DNA of 64,000 bases from Chlorokybus atmophyticus (lineage: Eukaryota > Plantae > Mesostigma and Chlorokybus algae): assembly GCA_009103225.1 (NCBI GenBank), contig RHPI01000797.1:908925-972924 (forward strand), read 5' to 3'. Every line of letters starts with the position of its first letter. The stretch's first letter is position 1. Shown piece by piece: positions 48,401 through 60,252 of this stretch. The notes beneath the pieces were generated by a model that was not told the origin of the DNA, made no database searches, and was given only the letters and a program-made list of their open reading frames with translations. Made by a program: the position numbers and the translations under genes.

Positions 48401-51400
48401 TGCAGCCTCCTCCTCCTCCGCGCCCACCTCCACCCCCACCCCGACCTCCACCTCCTCCCCCACCTTCTCCACCTCCTCCCCCTTCTCCACCTCCCCCCAA
48501 CCCTTGCCCTCCAATTGCCAAGCCGGCGGCCATATGTGCACCTGTCACTGCACCGTATCCCATTTTGTCCTCCAGCTGGTACAGCGAGCAGGGAGGCAAG
48601 GTGCGCCTTCGCATTCAAGCTCTATGCCCTAAACCAGTCCAAACCATATAGCTGGATGTCTATGTGTTACCCGCAAGCCATAACCAATGTTTGTAACTTG
48701 TCAACCAGGTCTTTGACGCGAATGGTTGGCTTCTTGGCTTCACTTATGTCGAGCAGCCTAGCAAAGGCGCTGGATATCTGCCGAGCAACCTCCACGTCTC
48801 TTATGGACGCTTGATCGTCACCGTCAATGCTGGCTCCGCAGATAGCACCAGGAACAGTCAGGTAAGCTCATGCATGCGCAATGCGCTGCCGACTACTGTT
48901 TGAGAGACTGTTGCGATGAATGTTGTGTTGAAGTCCTGCTGCCATTCGTGCATACATGTCAGTATCTGAGCAACTTGTTTGTTTGTTTACAGGACAACCG
49001 GCTCGGCTATGGGCTTCTCACTCCCTCCACTCCACTCACGATGAACACAGTTGTTGAAAAACCGCTCTTGTTCGGTGGCCAGTATGACCAGGCGGGGCTA
49101 TGGCTTGGAACCGATGAGGACAACTTTGTCAAATTTGTTGTCATCGCATGGCCAAATGGTGGCTACCGCTTGCAGGTGCACATTCGCAAACCAGACCCCA
49201 TACATAGCATAGCATGGCAAGGCACAAGTTGTTGCCATCTAACACAAGCGTTGCGTTTGCTCGAGCAGCTGTTAATTGAGATCGCCACAACAACAGTCGA
49301 GCAGGCAGTCACGGTTGTGACGGGTGGAACCCTCAGCGCAACCACCATTTCCCTCTCCCTGACTGTTGACCCCACAGACAGCACAGTGGCAGCCAGCTGG
49401 TTCACAGAGGACGGCAGGTCAGGCAATCTTGGGCCGTTGAGCACTGGTGCTGCTAAGCCATGGAACGATGCAGGAAACGTTTGGTCTTATGGTGAGCAAA
49501 TGCACCTGGTCTGGAGCTGTCTGTCCGTGGGAAGAGGTCCTTGAACTTGTTGTTGACCTTTAGCTGCGTGACAAATATGTAGGCGGCATCTTCGCCACAC
49601 AATCCAGAGACCCCGCACCGGTTGGAACCGTGTCCTACACGTTCAAAAGCTTCTCTGCCGATGTGGCTCCACCATCGGTGAGCACTGTACTATTCATGTG
49701 GCATGTGTGCGTGTGAGCGTCCATCTGTACATGGAAGTGGGAGTGAGTACATATGCTTATGCGTCCATGAAGTTTTCTACGAGGCTGTTAACTCTGCTTG
49801 TTGTGCTCCTCAGCCTCCACCCCCTCCTCCACCCTCTCCTCCACCCCCTAGCCCTGCCCCTCCTGCCAGTCCATGTGACCCGACCAATCCCAGCCCGCCT
49901 GCAAGCTGCGGCTTCCCGGCGATTGTGCCACTGCCGGCCGCATTGGACTGGTCGCGCAACGAGTTCTTCCTTGGTAGGAACTTGGACACAATGCAACAGT
50001 CATGCATGCCATTCGTGTAGGAGATGCTCAATATTACTTGCGTTGGGTTGCAGCTAAGGATGTCAATGGAGTTGGCACGGGTTTCAGCCATGTAGCACCT
50101 GGTGATTATTGGACTTCGGGGTACAAGCCGAAGCTGTTGCGCGTGAGCACAGGCGCTTCCAAGCTCACCGTGCAAACCACTGCTGGCACCGCTGTTGGGT
50201 AAGTGGATTGTTTGGGGCGTCGCACTTGTGCATCAAGCAGATCGAGGCCACAACATCACGTTTGCCGTGCAGGTCTGCAAACACAGCTGACAACATGTTG
50301 GCTGTTGGCGTCGGCCCTTTCCTTGCTCCCTTGGTCGTGCGGACTTCCATTGCATCCTTCCCAACCAGCAATAACGGCGAGCAGGTGACTTCCATGGACA
50401 AGTCATTGTGCACAAACTTGTTACACACTGAAGCTAACAACACCCTACTGCAGGTTGGTATCTGGGTTGGAAGCGATCAAGACAATTACGTGATATTGGG
50501 CGTTGTGAACACTGCGGGAGGCCAAGTGCTGCATCTGCTGGTAACCAGATGTTGAAACAACATGACGCCTCTGTTCTGTGGTAGTTTGCATGCGTATCTC
50601 ATGGATGGCGCTTTTAGGTTGAATCCAACGGGGTGACGCCGTCTGGCTCTTTGTTGGAAGTACCTCTCTCCAATGGATTGACCTCAGGTTTTGATCTGGA
50701 ACTGACATTGGACCCGGTCACCAAGCGTGCATCCGGCAGGCAAGTTACTAGTATGCATCCGGATAGCACAGCATCAATGTCAAGCCCCAATGCTGTAAAT
50801 GCCAGCTGAACTTTCTTTGCTTGTATACAGGCTGTGGACCTCCTCCCAGGCAAATGCTGTCTCGACAGGGTCTTTGCTTGCCAGAGACTCGTCATGGTGG
50901 GCAGGTTCAACACCCGGCAACATGGTGACTTATTCCGGGATCTGCTCAACGAAAGGGTCAGCAGCGGCGTTCACTGTCGACATCACCCTCTTCTCCGTCC
51001 GCGAGGTGTGCAAAATTTTGAGCGTGCTGCACTGTTTGGAAGATAAGACGACACTTGGTGTGTGTGCACATGTGTAACCTGCTATGCTTGCCAGGTGTGT
51101 CCGTGCTGCGTGCCAGCTGGTGCAGCTCCTGCCAGCGGCTGTCCCGTGGCGATATCGACTGATGCAGATGAGAAGGTTCTCGACGACGCCTGGCTAGCTC
51201 ATTCCCGCCTCGTGGACCTGTTCCAGGCCCGCGACGCTCTGCACGACGTGCACAACTCGTCTGCAGTAACTGTCTCGAATCCCAGTGGTGAGTGGTGCTG
51301 TATGCAAGTACCATCAATAAAATGCACATGTTGGTGCGTGTTCTACAACCCACGTATGCATCATCGCAGGCTCCGATGTGTCTCTGCAAGTTGTAGTGAG

Positions 51401-53318
51401 AGGGCCCTGGCGCCTGCTCACGCCTGGTGTTGTCACGGTACCTGCTGGTGGAGCTGTGACGATCAGGGTTTTGTACGTGGACGGCGTCAAGGATGTTGAC
51501 TGCGTGCACCTGACCGGCCAATCCAATGGCACTCTCAGCATCCAGGTGAGTCTGGCTGGGGGCGTATAGCTGACTGCAAGAGTGTAACACAAGGCCACTT
51601 CGCCACTTGAGTGTTATTATGTCACTGAGTCGCCTTTGTGCAGGTCAACTCGGATTCCTACAACACCATCGTGTTGCGTGGCCTTTGGGCTCAGGCGGGA
51701 GAGTACTGCGTGAAGCCCAAGTATCCCAGCAGGCAAGATCACACAAAGCAACACTGATGTTGTGTGCAACGTTATGCTTGAAAGCTGTCTCATATGCAAG
51801 CCGCACTACATACTCAACTGTGTGCTGGAGCAGGTTTTACTACTCCGAGCCAACAGTTGCAGAGATTGGGTGGGTGTTTGGTGTGACCACCAAGTTCATT
51901 GATGACGGCGTGCCACTCAACCGGTATGGCGCACCCGACAATGGCCAAGGGTGAGCAGGTTGCCAGTGTGCACAAGTGCACAGCTTGCCCCCCCCGCCCC
52001 NNNNNNNNNNNNNNNNNNNNNNNNNNNNNNNNNNNNNNNNNNNNNNNNNNNNNNNNNNNNNNNNNNNNNNNNNNNNNNNNNNNNNNNNNNNNNNNNNNNN
52101 NNNNNNNNNNNNNNNNNNNNNNNNNNNNNNNNNNNNNNNNNNNNNNNNNNNNNNNNNNNNNNNNNNNNNNNNNNNNNNNNNNNNNNNNNNNNNNNNNNNN
52201 NNNNNNNNNNNNNNNNNNNNNNNNNNNNNNGCCCCCCCCCCACACGCGCATGCGCACACGCACATGCGCAAGGCAGCCAGGGTGGCTGCTGTTCTCGGGT
52301 TGTAACCCTTTTTGCTGTGCAGTGCCTACCAAGCGACTGGGGAGGAATTCTTGGTGGATTACTTGCAGAGTCCCATTGGGTCCGTGCGCGTGAAGCAGAT
52401 CGCTGCTTATCACACGGTACTCACCTTGCCACCCTCCCCTGCTGCAGCATTACTGCTGATGTTGTGTTGTTCTGATCATCTGGCTATGTGTGCGCTGCAG
52501 TGTTGCAACGGATTCGATTCCACACAGTACACGCCAGCTGGCTACAGGCCTGCACTGGACCCGCCCGTGTTGATCGAGGACTTTCCTGTGAGCTGGCTGC
52601 AGAAGCCCGACAAGACGCAGAGTCTGCTGCCAACTGGACTAACTAGCAGCGGAGCAGAGTATCCTCTGGACTCCACCATCCAAATGGGCACCAGCTTTGG
52701 CTTGCTGGTAGGCAGGAGAGAGTGTGTATCTCTGCATGCTTAGTGAGTGCGAGCATGCATGTGTGAATCTCCATGCGTGCATCTGTGTGTATGTGTGTGT
52801 GCGCGCGCGCGCATGTGTGCGAGACTCCCGTGTACGCCACTGTTCGTGCACACTCTTGTGTTTTTACTTACTGGATTCGCCTGCGCAGATAAATAGGGAG
52901 ACCAGTGAGATGTTCACCAATGCGACACTGATGATCGATCAGCTGACTGATAAGAATGGCGTGACTGACTGGGAAGGGTGCACCACCATCCCATACTGCG
53001 GAAAGTTTGTTAGATACTTCCCGGTCAGGGATTGGCAGCGGCAGATTGTGCCGCAGATGGTGTTTGTCTTCATGGACTACGTTCCCTCCGGCAACTTTGA
53101 CTGGAATGGTAAGCACCAGGGTCGTGGTGTTGTTCAGTCATTGTGACTCCACAATGGGTTCCTATTGCCATTCGTGGTCATGTGAATGTTAGCCTATGTG
53201 CGTGCACACTGAAGCTTCTTGTGCTGCTGGTGCAGACAATGTCTACGTCATTTGGAACGCTGTACCAGACTACCGATTGAACTCGTTCCCGACGCCTCTG
53301 CCATCACTGCGTAAATGA
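45450..53318 (+). CDS. Large secreted modular glycoprotein: signal peptide + 3 near-identical and 1 divergent beta-rich modules separated by Pro/Ser-Pro linkers + Ig-like segment + C-terminal domain (~29 exons, ~1400 aa)
   Basis: Signal MLAPACALLLCCLIASVAA|Q. Repeated module core DNRLGFG..NPS.PLTL.TV.E.P.LFGSQYDQAGLWLGTNEDNFVKFIVIAWP at 46089, 47590 and 48993; divergent VGIWVGSDQDNYVILG at 50454. Linkers PSPSPSPAPSP, PPPPRPPPPSPPPP. C-terminal ...KQIAAYH...TQSLLP...VRYFPVRD...FMDYVPSGNFDWNDNVYVIWNAVP, stop at 53316-53318. Nearly all junctions are in-frame GT-AG (1-2 GC-AG). One exon spans an N gap. A possible upstream exon ends at ATG|GTAAGT (44260). Confidence 0.85.
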
Positions 53319-54336
53319 CGTGGTGCGTCTGAGAGGCGGTGTGAATTTCCCGTATGCAATTTTGCAAGTTGATGTGTTGTAGTAGATTGACACTGTCAGG
53401 CATTGGTTGCACTGCAGTAGTTGTTGTTATGTCCAGGTAGTGTGCCAGCTGCAGCACTGGCTTAGAGTTGGGTCTACACCCACAACGTAAATAATGATTT
53501 GCAGCCATTGTGTCCATTGAACTCGGCAGTACAGCGCATGGGACGCATGTCTCCTTCAAATTGTCCCCCACCCGGTATTGTTCTCGTTGGCACATGCTGC
53601 ACATCAATGCTACTTAGCACCGCGCTTGCCTCCATGATCTGCTAGCCTTGCTTTGCATGGCAAGTTTCTTTTCTTCAACTCGTACTTCACTGCGATGTCT
53701 GGTGATTGCGCAATGCCAGCATATCAAAAGTTGATGAACATTATTGTGTACATGATATCTGACGTGCCATTCCACATAGCAAGTATCAGAGACGGCCCAT
53801 GTGTACTCTGTGTGACGATGGACATGCAAAAGTTTGATTATAAGCTTATACTTTGCATAACCCCATAACAACATTGCATAACTCATGTAAAAACAATGTG
53901 AAGCGCAATTGTGTTGACTGCCATCCCACCTTGCGATGCAGTATATCGCATTTGCCGCAATAGGCAATCACCCTGGTTGGATTGCATTGTAGGCACGACC
54001 TACCTGCCTGCTAGCAAATCATTATCACCTCTCGTGATACTCAGTCCAGTGGTGGCGCACAACCAGTGAAGAAGCGAAGTGTCAAAGGCATAGTAAAAAC
54101 ACAGTCGAAGACAAAGACAAATTCATCATCCTGGCAGCCTAGCTCTTTTCGGCCGAATAGGATTTGAACTGCGTTGAAGTGCAACCGGCAATGCATATGC
54201 AACTTGTATTAGTGACAAACACCCAACAAATGTGAACGGCATAACATAATGCTGCAGTTGGATATGCAATGCGAGACCCAACACCATCTGCATATTTTCT
54301 AGTAGCAACCACGATCACAGTCATACTACATCACAG

Positions 54337-56776
54337 TCATGTCCTGAACACTGTGTCCAACTCAGTGGGCTTCAAGCGGTTCACGACCTCGTGCTGCTTT
54401 CGCCTCTGCTTCGCCTTCACCCTTTTCGTGTACTTGCTGGCATTCGCTCTCTTCTCCATCGCGCGCGTCTGCGCAACCAGCAGAGTGCGTGCTCTTGGCC
54501 AAAGCAATGTGAGGCGTGAGGCATCCTGTTGGTGTTTTTGACACCAACAGGATGTGCCACTAGCTGCGCTCAAGCCAGCTGCCAAGACACAGACAAGCGC
54601 TTACCAGGTTAGGGGAGACGTAATTGGGATTCTCATACAGCGTTGGCCCTCCAAAACTCCCAGCAAAAACCTTGATTGGATTCAGACAAAACCGCGGACC
54701 AACCTGCCCGAAGGCAACAACTCATTGCATCAGGGATCGTGCATTACACAAAAAGTCAAAACCCTCCTTCACGCCAACATGTGATAGCCAACAATGCATA
54801 CAAGGTAAACTGCACACAAACATACCTCGACCAGAGTCATCTTTTCCAATGCAGACTTGTCAAGCTTGCCTTTATGCTGCGGCTGTGCCACCTGCCAATG
54901 CCTTTGCATCAGCACACTGTTTGGCAATCCCGTCACGCACACGGAACTAGCTTGATGCAGCGCTTGCTTCAGCAGACATGTTTGCAAATACCTGGTAGTT
55001 ACGGAACCATATCCGGTTGTCAACCAAAGTAAACGTCAAGATATGGTCAAAGAACGGCTTGCTTTTCCGATGGTCGCGAGGCGTATCAAAAACCTACACC
55101 ACATTCAAGACGGTAACAGAACTCTCAATACTTTCGGCTGATACCAAAAACGCTTGCAAAATTGTAAACAACAGACTTCTGCCACCCAGTGATCATGTGC
55201 ACACCTGAATAAGCATCTCCTTCAACACCCGTAAGTGGGGCTGTGTATCAAACACGGGTTCGAAGCTCAGCACCGGCCGGGAGCCCTTCAGGTGATTACC
55301 AGTCAGCTTCAACTCCGCCATGGTGTGGACTGAAACAAGCAGTGAACGTGTTGTGATGCATGGAATGCATGTGGCAAACGACTACACTCATGCGCTTGTG
55401 GGTGGTAATCAACCTTGACACACACACGCCCACATGCAGTAAAATATGCAAAAGCCCTTACTGTTGTTGACCAGGAACTTAACGCACGGCCCATTAGGAG
55501 TCTTTGACAGCCACATGTACAGGTCTTTATGTTTCCTGGCCTGGATAGTAATGACACGGACACATTGATGACCAAAAGCTTGTTTGACAAAGAGTGCATA
55601 GCCCCAACCATATGAGCAAAGAGCGTTACTGACTTCGAAAAAGAGGCAAGAAGAGCATGACTTCAAGTCGGCGATCTCGTTCAACACCTGGCGGTCATCC
55701 TTCGTGTCGAGCTTCACATCCTTCTTTGAATGCGGGAGCAAGGCAAGAATATCCGTCATCAGGTGACGATACCTGCAGAGGTTGATTGCATGAGAGACAA
55801 CTCGATGCCATAGACAGCAAAAAAAACACACTTTGCACCTGTTGCAATAGGTGAGAAGAAAAGAGGCATGCACATGACATGACAATAAACTCGAGTACAC
55901 CTAATTGCATGGAATGATAGCACGGTACAGAGCTTGCAATGTGCATTTGCTGCAAAGGTTGTTGTACGCTGAACTGTTGATGCAGTTGCGGAGACAGAAT
56001 TCTTGTGTCACAAACCATTATGGACAAAGACCATGGCACGGAGAGCTTGCCAGTAGCTATCACTGCAACAGAGTATCAAGTGACAGATTGCAAGTTAGTC
56101 AATTGGTGCATGCACGATGGACTGACTTGCCACTAGCTACCATTAGAGTAAAGCAGTTTGCGACAGCGACTGCCAGCATGCACAATGGAGTGACTCGGTC
56201 ACTGCAAGCACTAAGCCACCTGCTGTACACTGATCAATACGAAAGTTCACAATACGCACAATCAACTGCGTGGCCTGGTGGTGAACAAACATTACTACAT
56301 GTATGCTGCCTTCATAGTAGGTGCTCGGTTTTCTCCCGACCCTCACCATCTTTGGATAATGTAACATAATTGGCTATTGATTGCCAGCTATTGACAACAT
56401 GCCAAACATCAACTGTTGCAAACTGCATGCAATGCAAATGCTAGTGCCAGGCATTGGCAGCATGACACACACAGCTGTCGCAAATTATAACTGGCACATT
56501 GCCGATGTCTGCATTCAGAGCCAGCATGACTGTAATCAGGCTACAGACGCTAACACAAACACAAACAAAACACTTGCATGCAACCAGCTGCTACACAAAC
56601 AATAAAGCGGCTAACCTGAAGGTGATTCCTCTCGACGACAGCACCAGCACCTTCTCCTTGTTGACAAAGTCCTCCTCCTTCTCCTCAGCAGCGCCGCCAT
56701 TGCTCAGCACAGCCCCCGGCGCCGTGCCCCCGGCGCCGTCATCGTCATCCGTCGCAGCCTTGCGCTTGCGCCCCAT
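54337..56776 (-). CDS. BRX1: Ribosome biogenesis Brix-domain protein BRX1, 8 exons
   Basis: Exons 56776-56616 (NKEKVLVLSSRGITFR), 55772-55634 (YRHLMTD), 55540-55462 (RKHKDLYMWLSKTPNGP), 55329-55205 (HTMAELKLTGNHLKGSRPVLSF), 55093-54992 (HRKSKPFFDH..WFRNYQ), 54891-54826, 54703-54605 (VGPRFCLNPIKVFAGSFGGPTLYENP) and 54468-54337. Confidence 0.96.
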
Positions 56777-57850
56777 CCCTCACCACCAACAAACCCCCAC
56801 TCCAAGAGCAACAAACACCCTCCTCACACCAAAAGTCTCCAAGCAGTGTCCAGGCCAGCCAAGCAAGCAAGCTCTTGCTAGCTAGCGGGGTAAGCAGCCA
56901 AGCAAGCTAGCACGCAGGCGGCCGAAGCAATCAAGCACGGCCTCGGCCAGCAGCACGAGGAACACACGCACAACAGACTGACAAGCACCCCCTGTCCTCC
57001 ACCCGCTACACCCCCTACACACCCACACCGCCTCCGGCTTTCAGCTGCTCAATGCTTCGGCGGCGCCGCAACAGTCCGATCCTAGGATCGACTTGTCGGC
57101 TCGGCCGGGAACGGGTTGAGACTCTCAAGTGAGAGTGAGAGTGAGATTGGGTCTCACTTGTGCTGCAAGCTGCGGCCGGCGGAGGTGACGTTGGCGGAGG
57201 CGGAGGAGGCGGCGGCGGCGGCGGCAGGTTGGTTCTGGCGCTTTGGTCGCTGTCAAGGTGAGATGTTGCTTACAGAGACAGCGTGTACCTGACGAGTTGA
57301 GTTGATGCTGAGCCAGCCGTTGGGCCTCAGCGGCCTGTTCCTCGCGGCGTAGCGGGCGTAGGCGTAGCGGTTCCAGGCATGCGCATGTGTATTGGTATAT
57401 GTGAGCATCTCGTGTTCTTTGACGAACTCTCATCACTGCTGACTCCGCCTCTCATACAGCTGCGAGACTTATGAGTATTGACTCATGCACTCATACACAG
57501 TCCGAGACTCATGCACACTCGTGCTCACTCGTACACACTCATGCACTAGTTCAAGCTTACCTCTATAGCAGCTGCGTGCAAGAGGAACGTGTTTTCTCCC
57601 CTCGTGCCAGTCCCTAGCGTGTGTCTGGTCTGTTACTGTGCTCAGTGTGCTGCGTTGCTTTGATTGTCTCATCCATCGCTGTCTGCGTCGACACACCAGC
57701 CTGAATAGTTATGTTATGACCAATCTTTGAATTACTGACTGAACTGTGCTGGCCCCTGCTTCTCCGGCATAGGCTGCAATAGTTCTGGTGATCTCCTCCT
57801 AGCACACACTTGCTAGCCAGCACTTAATTACTTCAAGCAAGAGAGCTGAG

Positions 57851-59840
57851 ATGGTGCCTCCACCAAAACATCCCACCTATGACATTCGCAAGATAATCCA
57901 GCTGGCTTTGGAGGAGGACGCGGGCGACATAGGTATGCGTGCAGCTCAAGCTCAGGTCACAGTGACTGTTTACCTGGAACTCTATGTAAACGCGTCACCA
58001 CGTTATGTTGGTCAGGGGACGTGACGTGCCAGGCGACTGTCCCGGAAAGCACCCGTGCAGAGGCGCAGTTCCTAGCCAAGGCGGACGGGGTGCTTGCGGG
58101 TGTGGCCGTCGCGGACATGGTCTTCGAGCAGGTGGACCCTTCCCTGCAAGTAAGCTTGCATGCGTATGTGCGTGGGCGCGTGCGTGCATGCGTGGTTGTG
58201 TGCGCGTCTGGGTGTATGCGTGGTTGGAAGCGACAAAGAAGCCATGACGACATTGCCTTCTTGGTCGCTGTTCCTGTTGCGGCAAAAAGTTGCTTAGCGT
58301 AAGGCTGGCTCTGTCCTGTGTGCAGACATCGTGGATGGCTAGTGATGGGGACGTTATTCGTAAAGGGCAAGTGATTGGCACCGTGCAAGGTACACTGGCG
58401 TGCTGAGACGTAGGCTGGGCTACCGATACACACACCTGTCGATATGCACACACATACGCATATGTGTGCAAACATACACCTTTGTGCATACTTGGTTGCT
58501 TCTATGCGCCTGCATGCTCGTGCGCAAGGGTGTACCGGCGCATACATGTGCACACATACATCCATGGTTGCCTTGGCATCATTGAAGGTGTTTGCATTGG
58601 CATAATGTATGCTGTATTCGCAGGCCCTGCAAGAAGCATTTTGCGGGCAGAGCGAATTGCCCTGAATTTTATGCAAAGAATGAGCGGCATCGCCACTGCG
58701 ACTCGGGTGAGCCGGTCGCTACCTATGTATTGTGTATGGGTGTTGTTCATCCTGCTTTGAGATACATCACCATCCCACAGTGACTTTGACCTTCAAAACA
58801 CAGGCGATGGCAGAAGCTGCGCGACCCGCAATGCTGATTGAAACTCGAAAGACTGCACCTTGTTTACGACTGATTGACAAATGGGCGGTAAGTTGGCGGC
58901 TATACTTGAGTATGGGGTTGGTTGTTCGACTGTCTGTGTTTTTTGGCACGTGGTTGTAACAGCCAATGCTTGCAAGCAGTGACCAAGCTGTTAAGCATTC
59001 TTTGTTTTGTGTCTCCCAACTTTCAATACGGTAGGTTTTGATTGGCGGCGGACACAACCACCGAATGGGCTTGTTTGACATGGTGATGATCAAAGACAAC
59101 CACATAGAGGCCGCGGGCGGCATCGCCGCTGCCCTGCATCGATGCAGAGCATATATGACAGAACAAAACCTCTCCATTGGCATTGAGGTACCTGTGCGTG
59201 CATGCACCATATCCATGCTGCAGCCGATATTTTTGCACTCATGCAGTTTAACTCCCTGTTTGACTGTTGGCAGGTGGAGACGCGCACGCTAAATGAGGTA
59301 CAGCAAGTGCTGGCCGTCATGGATGAAGCCGGCAAGGGCGGGTCGGGCCGAGTGACGCGGATTATGTTTGACAACATGGTGGTGAGGCGGCCGGACGGCA
59401 GCGTGGACACGTCAATGCTGCAGGATGCCGTGGCGCTCGTTGATGGCCGCGTCGAAACAGAGGTGTGGGGGTCGAAATTGTGGTGATTGTTGTTGTGTGG
59501 CCCACATCATGTTGCCCAACACTGTATGTAGCCCCATTGCACATTATCATGATGTTATATTTACTCTGGCATGGCAGGCGTCTGGCAATGTGACTATGGA
59601 GACTGTTGGCGCCATTGGGCAAACCGGCGTGACCTACATATCATGGTGAGGACATTGTCTTGTTGAGGGATGTATCACAACGCGTATATGTGGACTTGCG
59701 CCGGTCAGCCATGTTTACACCGTTCATTGTCGTTGTCGTGCAGTGGGGCCATCACGCACTCTGTCATGGCGCTGGACATATCCCTCAACATAGATACGCA
59801 GCTAGCATTGGAAGTGGGTAAAAGGACACATCGCGCTTAA
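57851..59840 (+). CDS. nadC: Quinolinate phosphoribosyltransferase (nicotinate-nucleotide pyrophosphorylase, carboxylating), 9 exons
   Basis: Motifs [111 protein letters not shown]. An upstream exon (donor ~57258) may extend the 5' end. Confidence 0.96.
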
Positions 59841-60252
59841 ATGAGTTTAGATATTGTTATGAACCATTATACTGCCATAACTATGCATGTGGGTGTGACG
59901 CGCGACACACACACAATGGTGCCTGTGTTGCAACAACATTGAGCGCATGGGTATGTACATGGTACTGTTCCACTAGCTTAGAAAAGTCAATGCGTAGGCC
60001 TTGCGCACACAAGCAGTCTTATGAAATGCTGACAGAAGTACTTGTGTCTATGTTCTATCTGGACAGGTATGCTGCTAAGGCAGCAGCACAAAGCGACTCT
60101 CACTGCTGCTTTCCCTCTCTCATTCTTTTGCGCTGTCTCTTACTATATGGTCTACAGGATTCTTTATGAAACACATAAATGATGGATGTTCTTTGGTGAA
60201 CGACACTTCGGCTTATTATGGCCTCCAAGCACCAGAGTTCTCTTTTTGCAGA

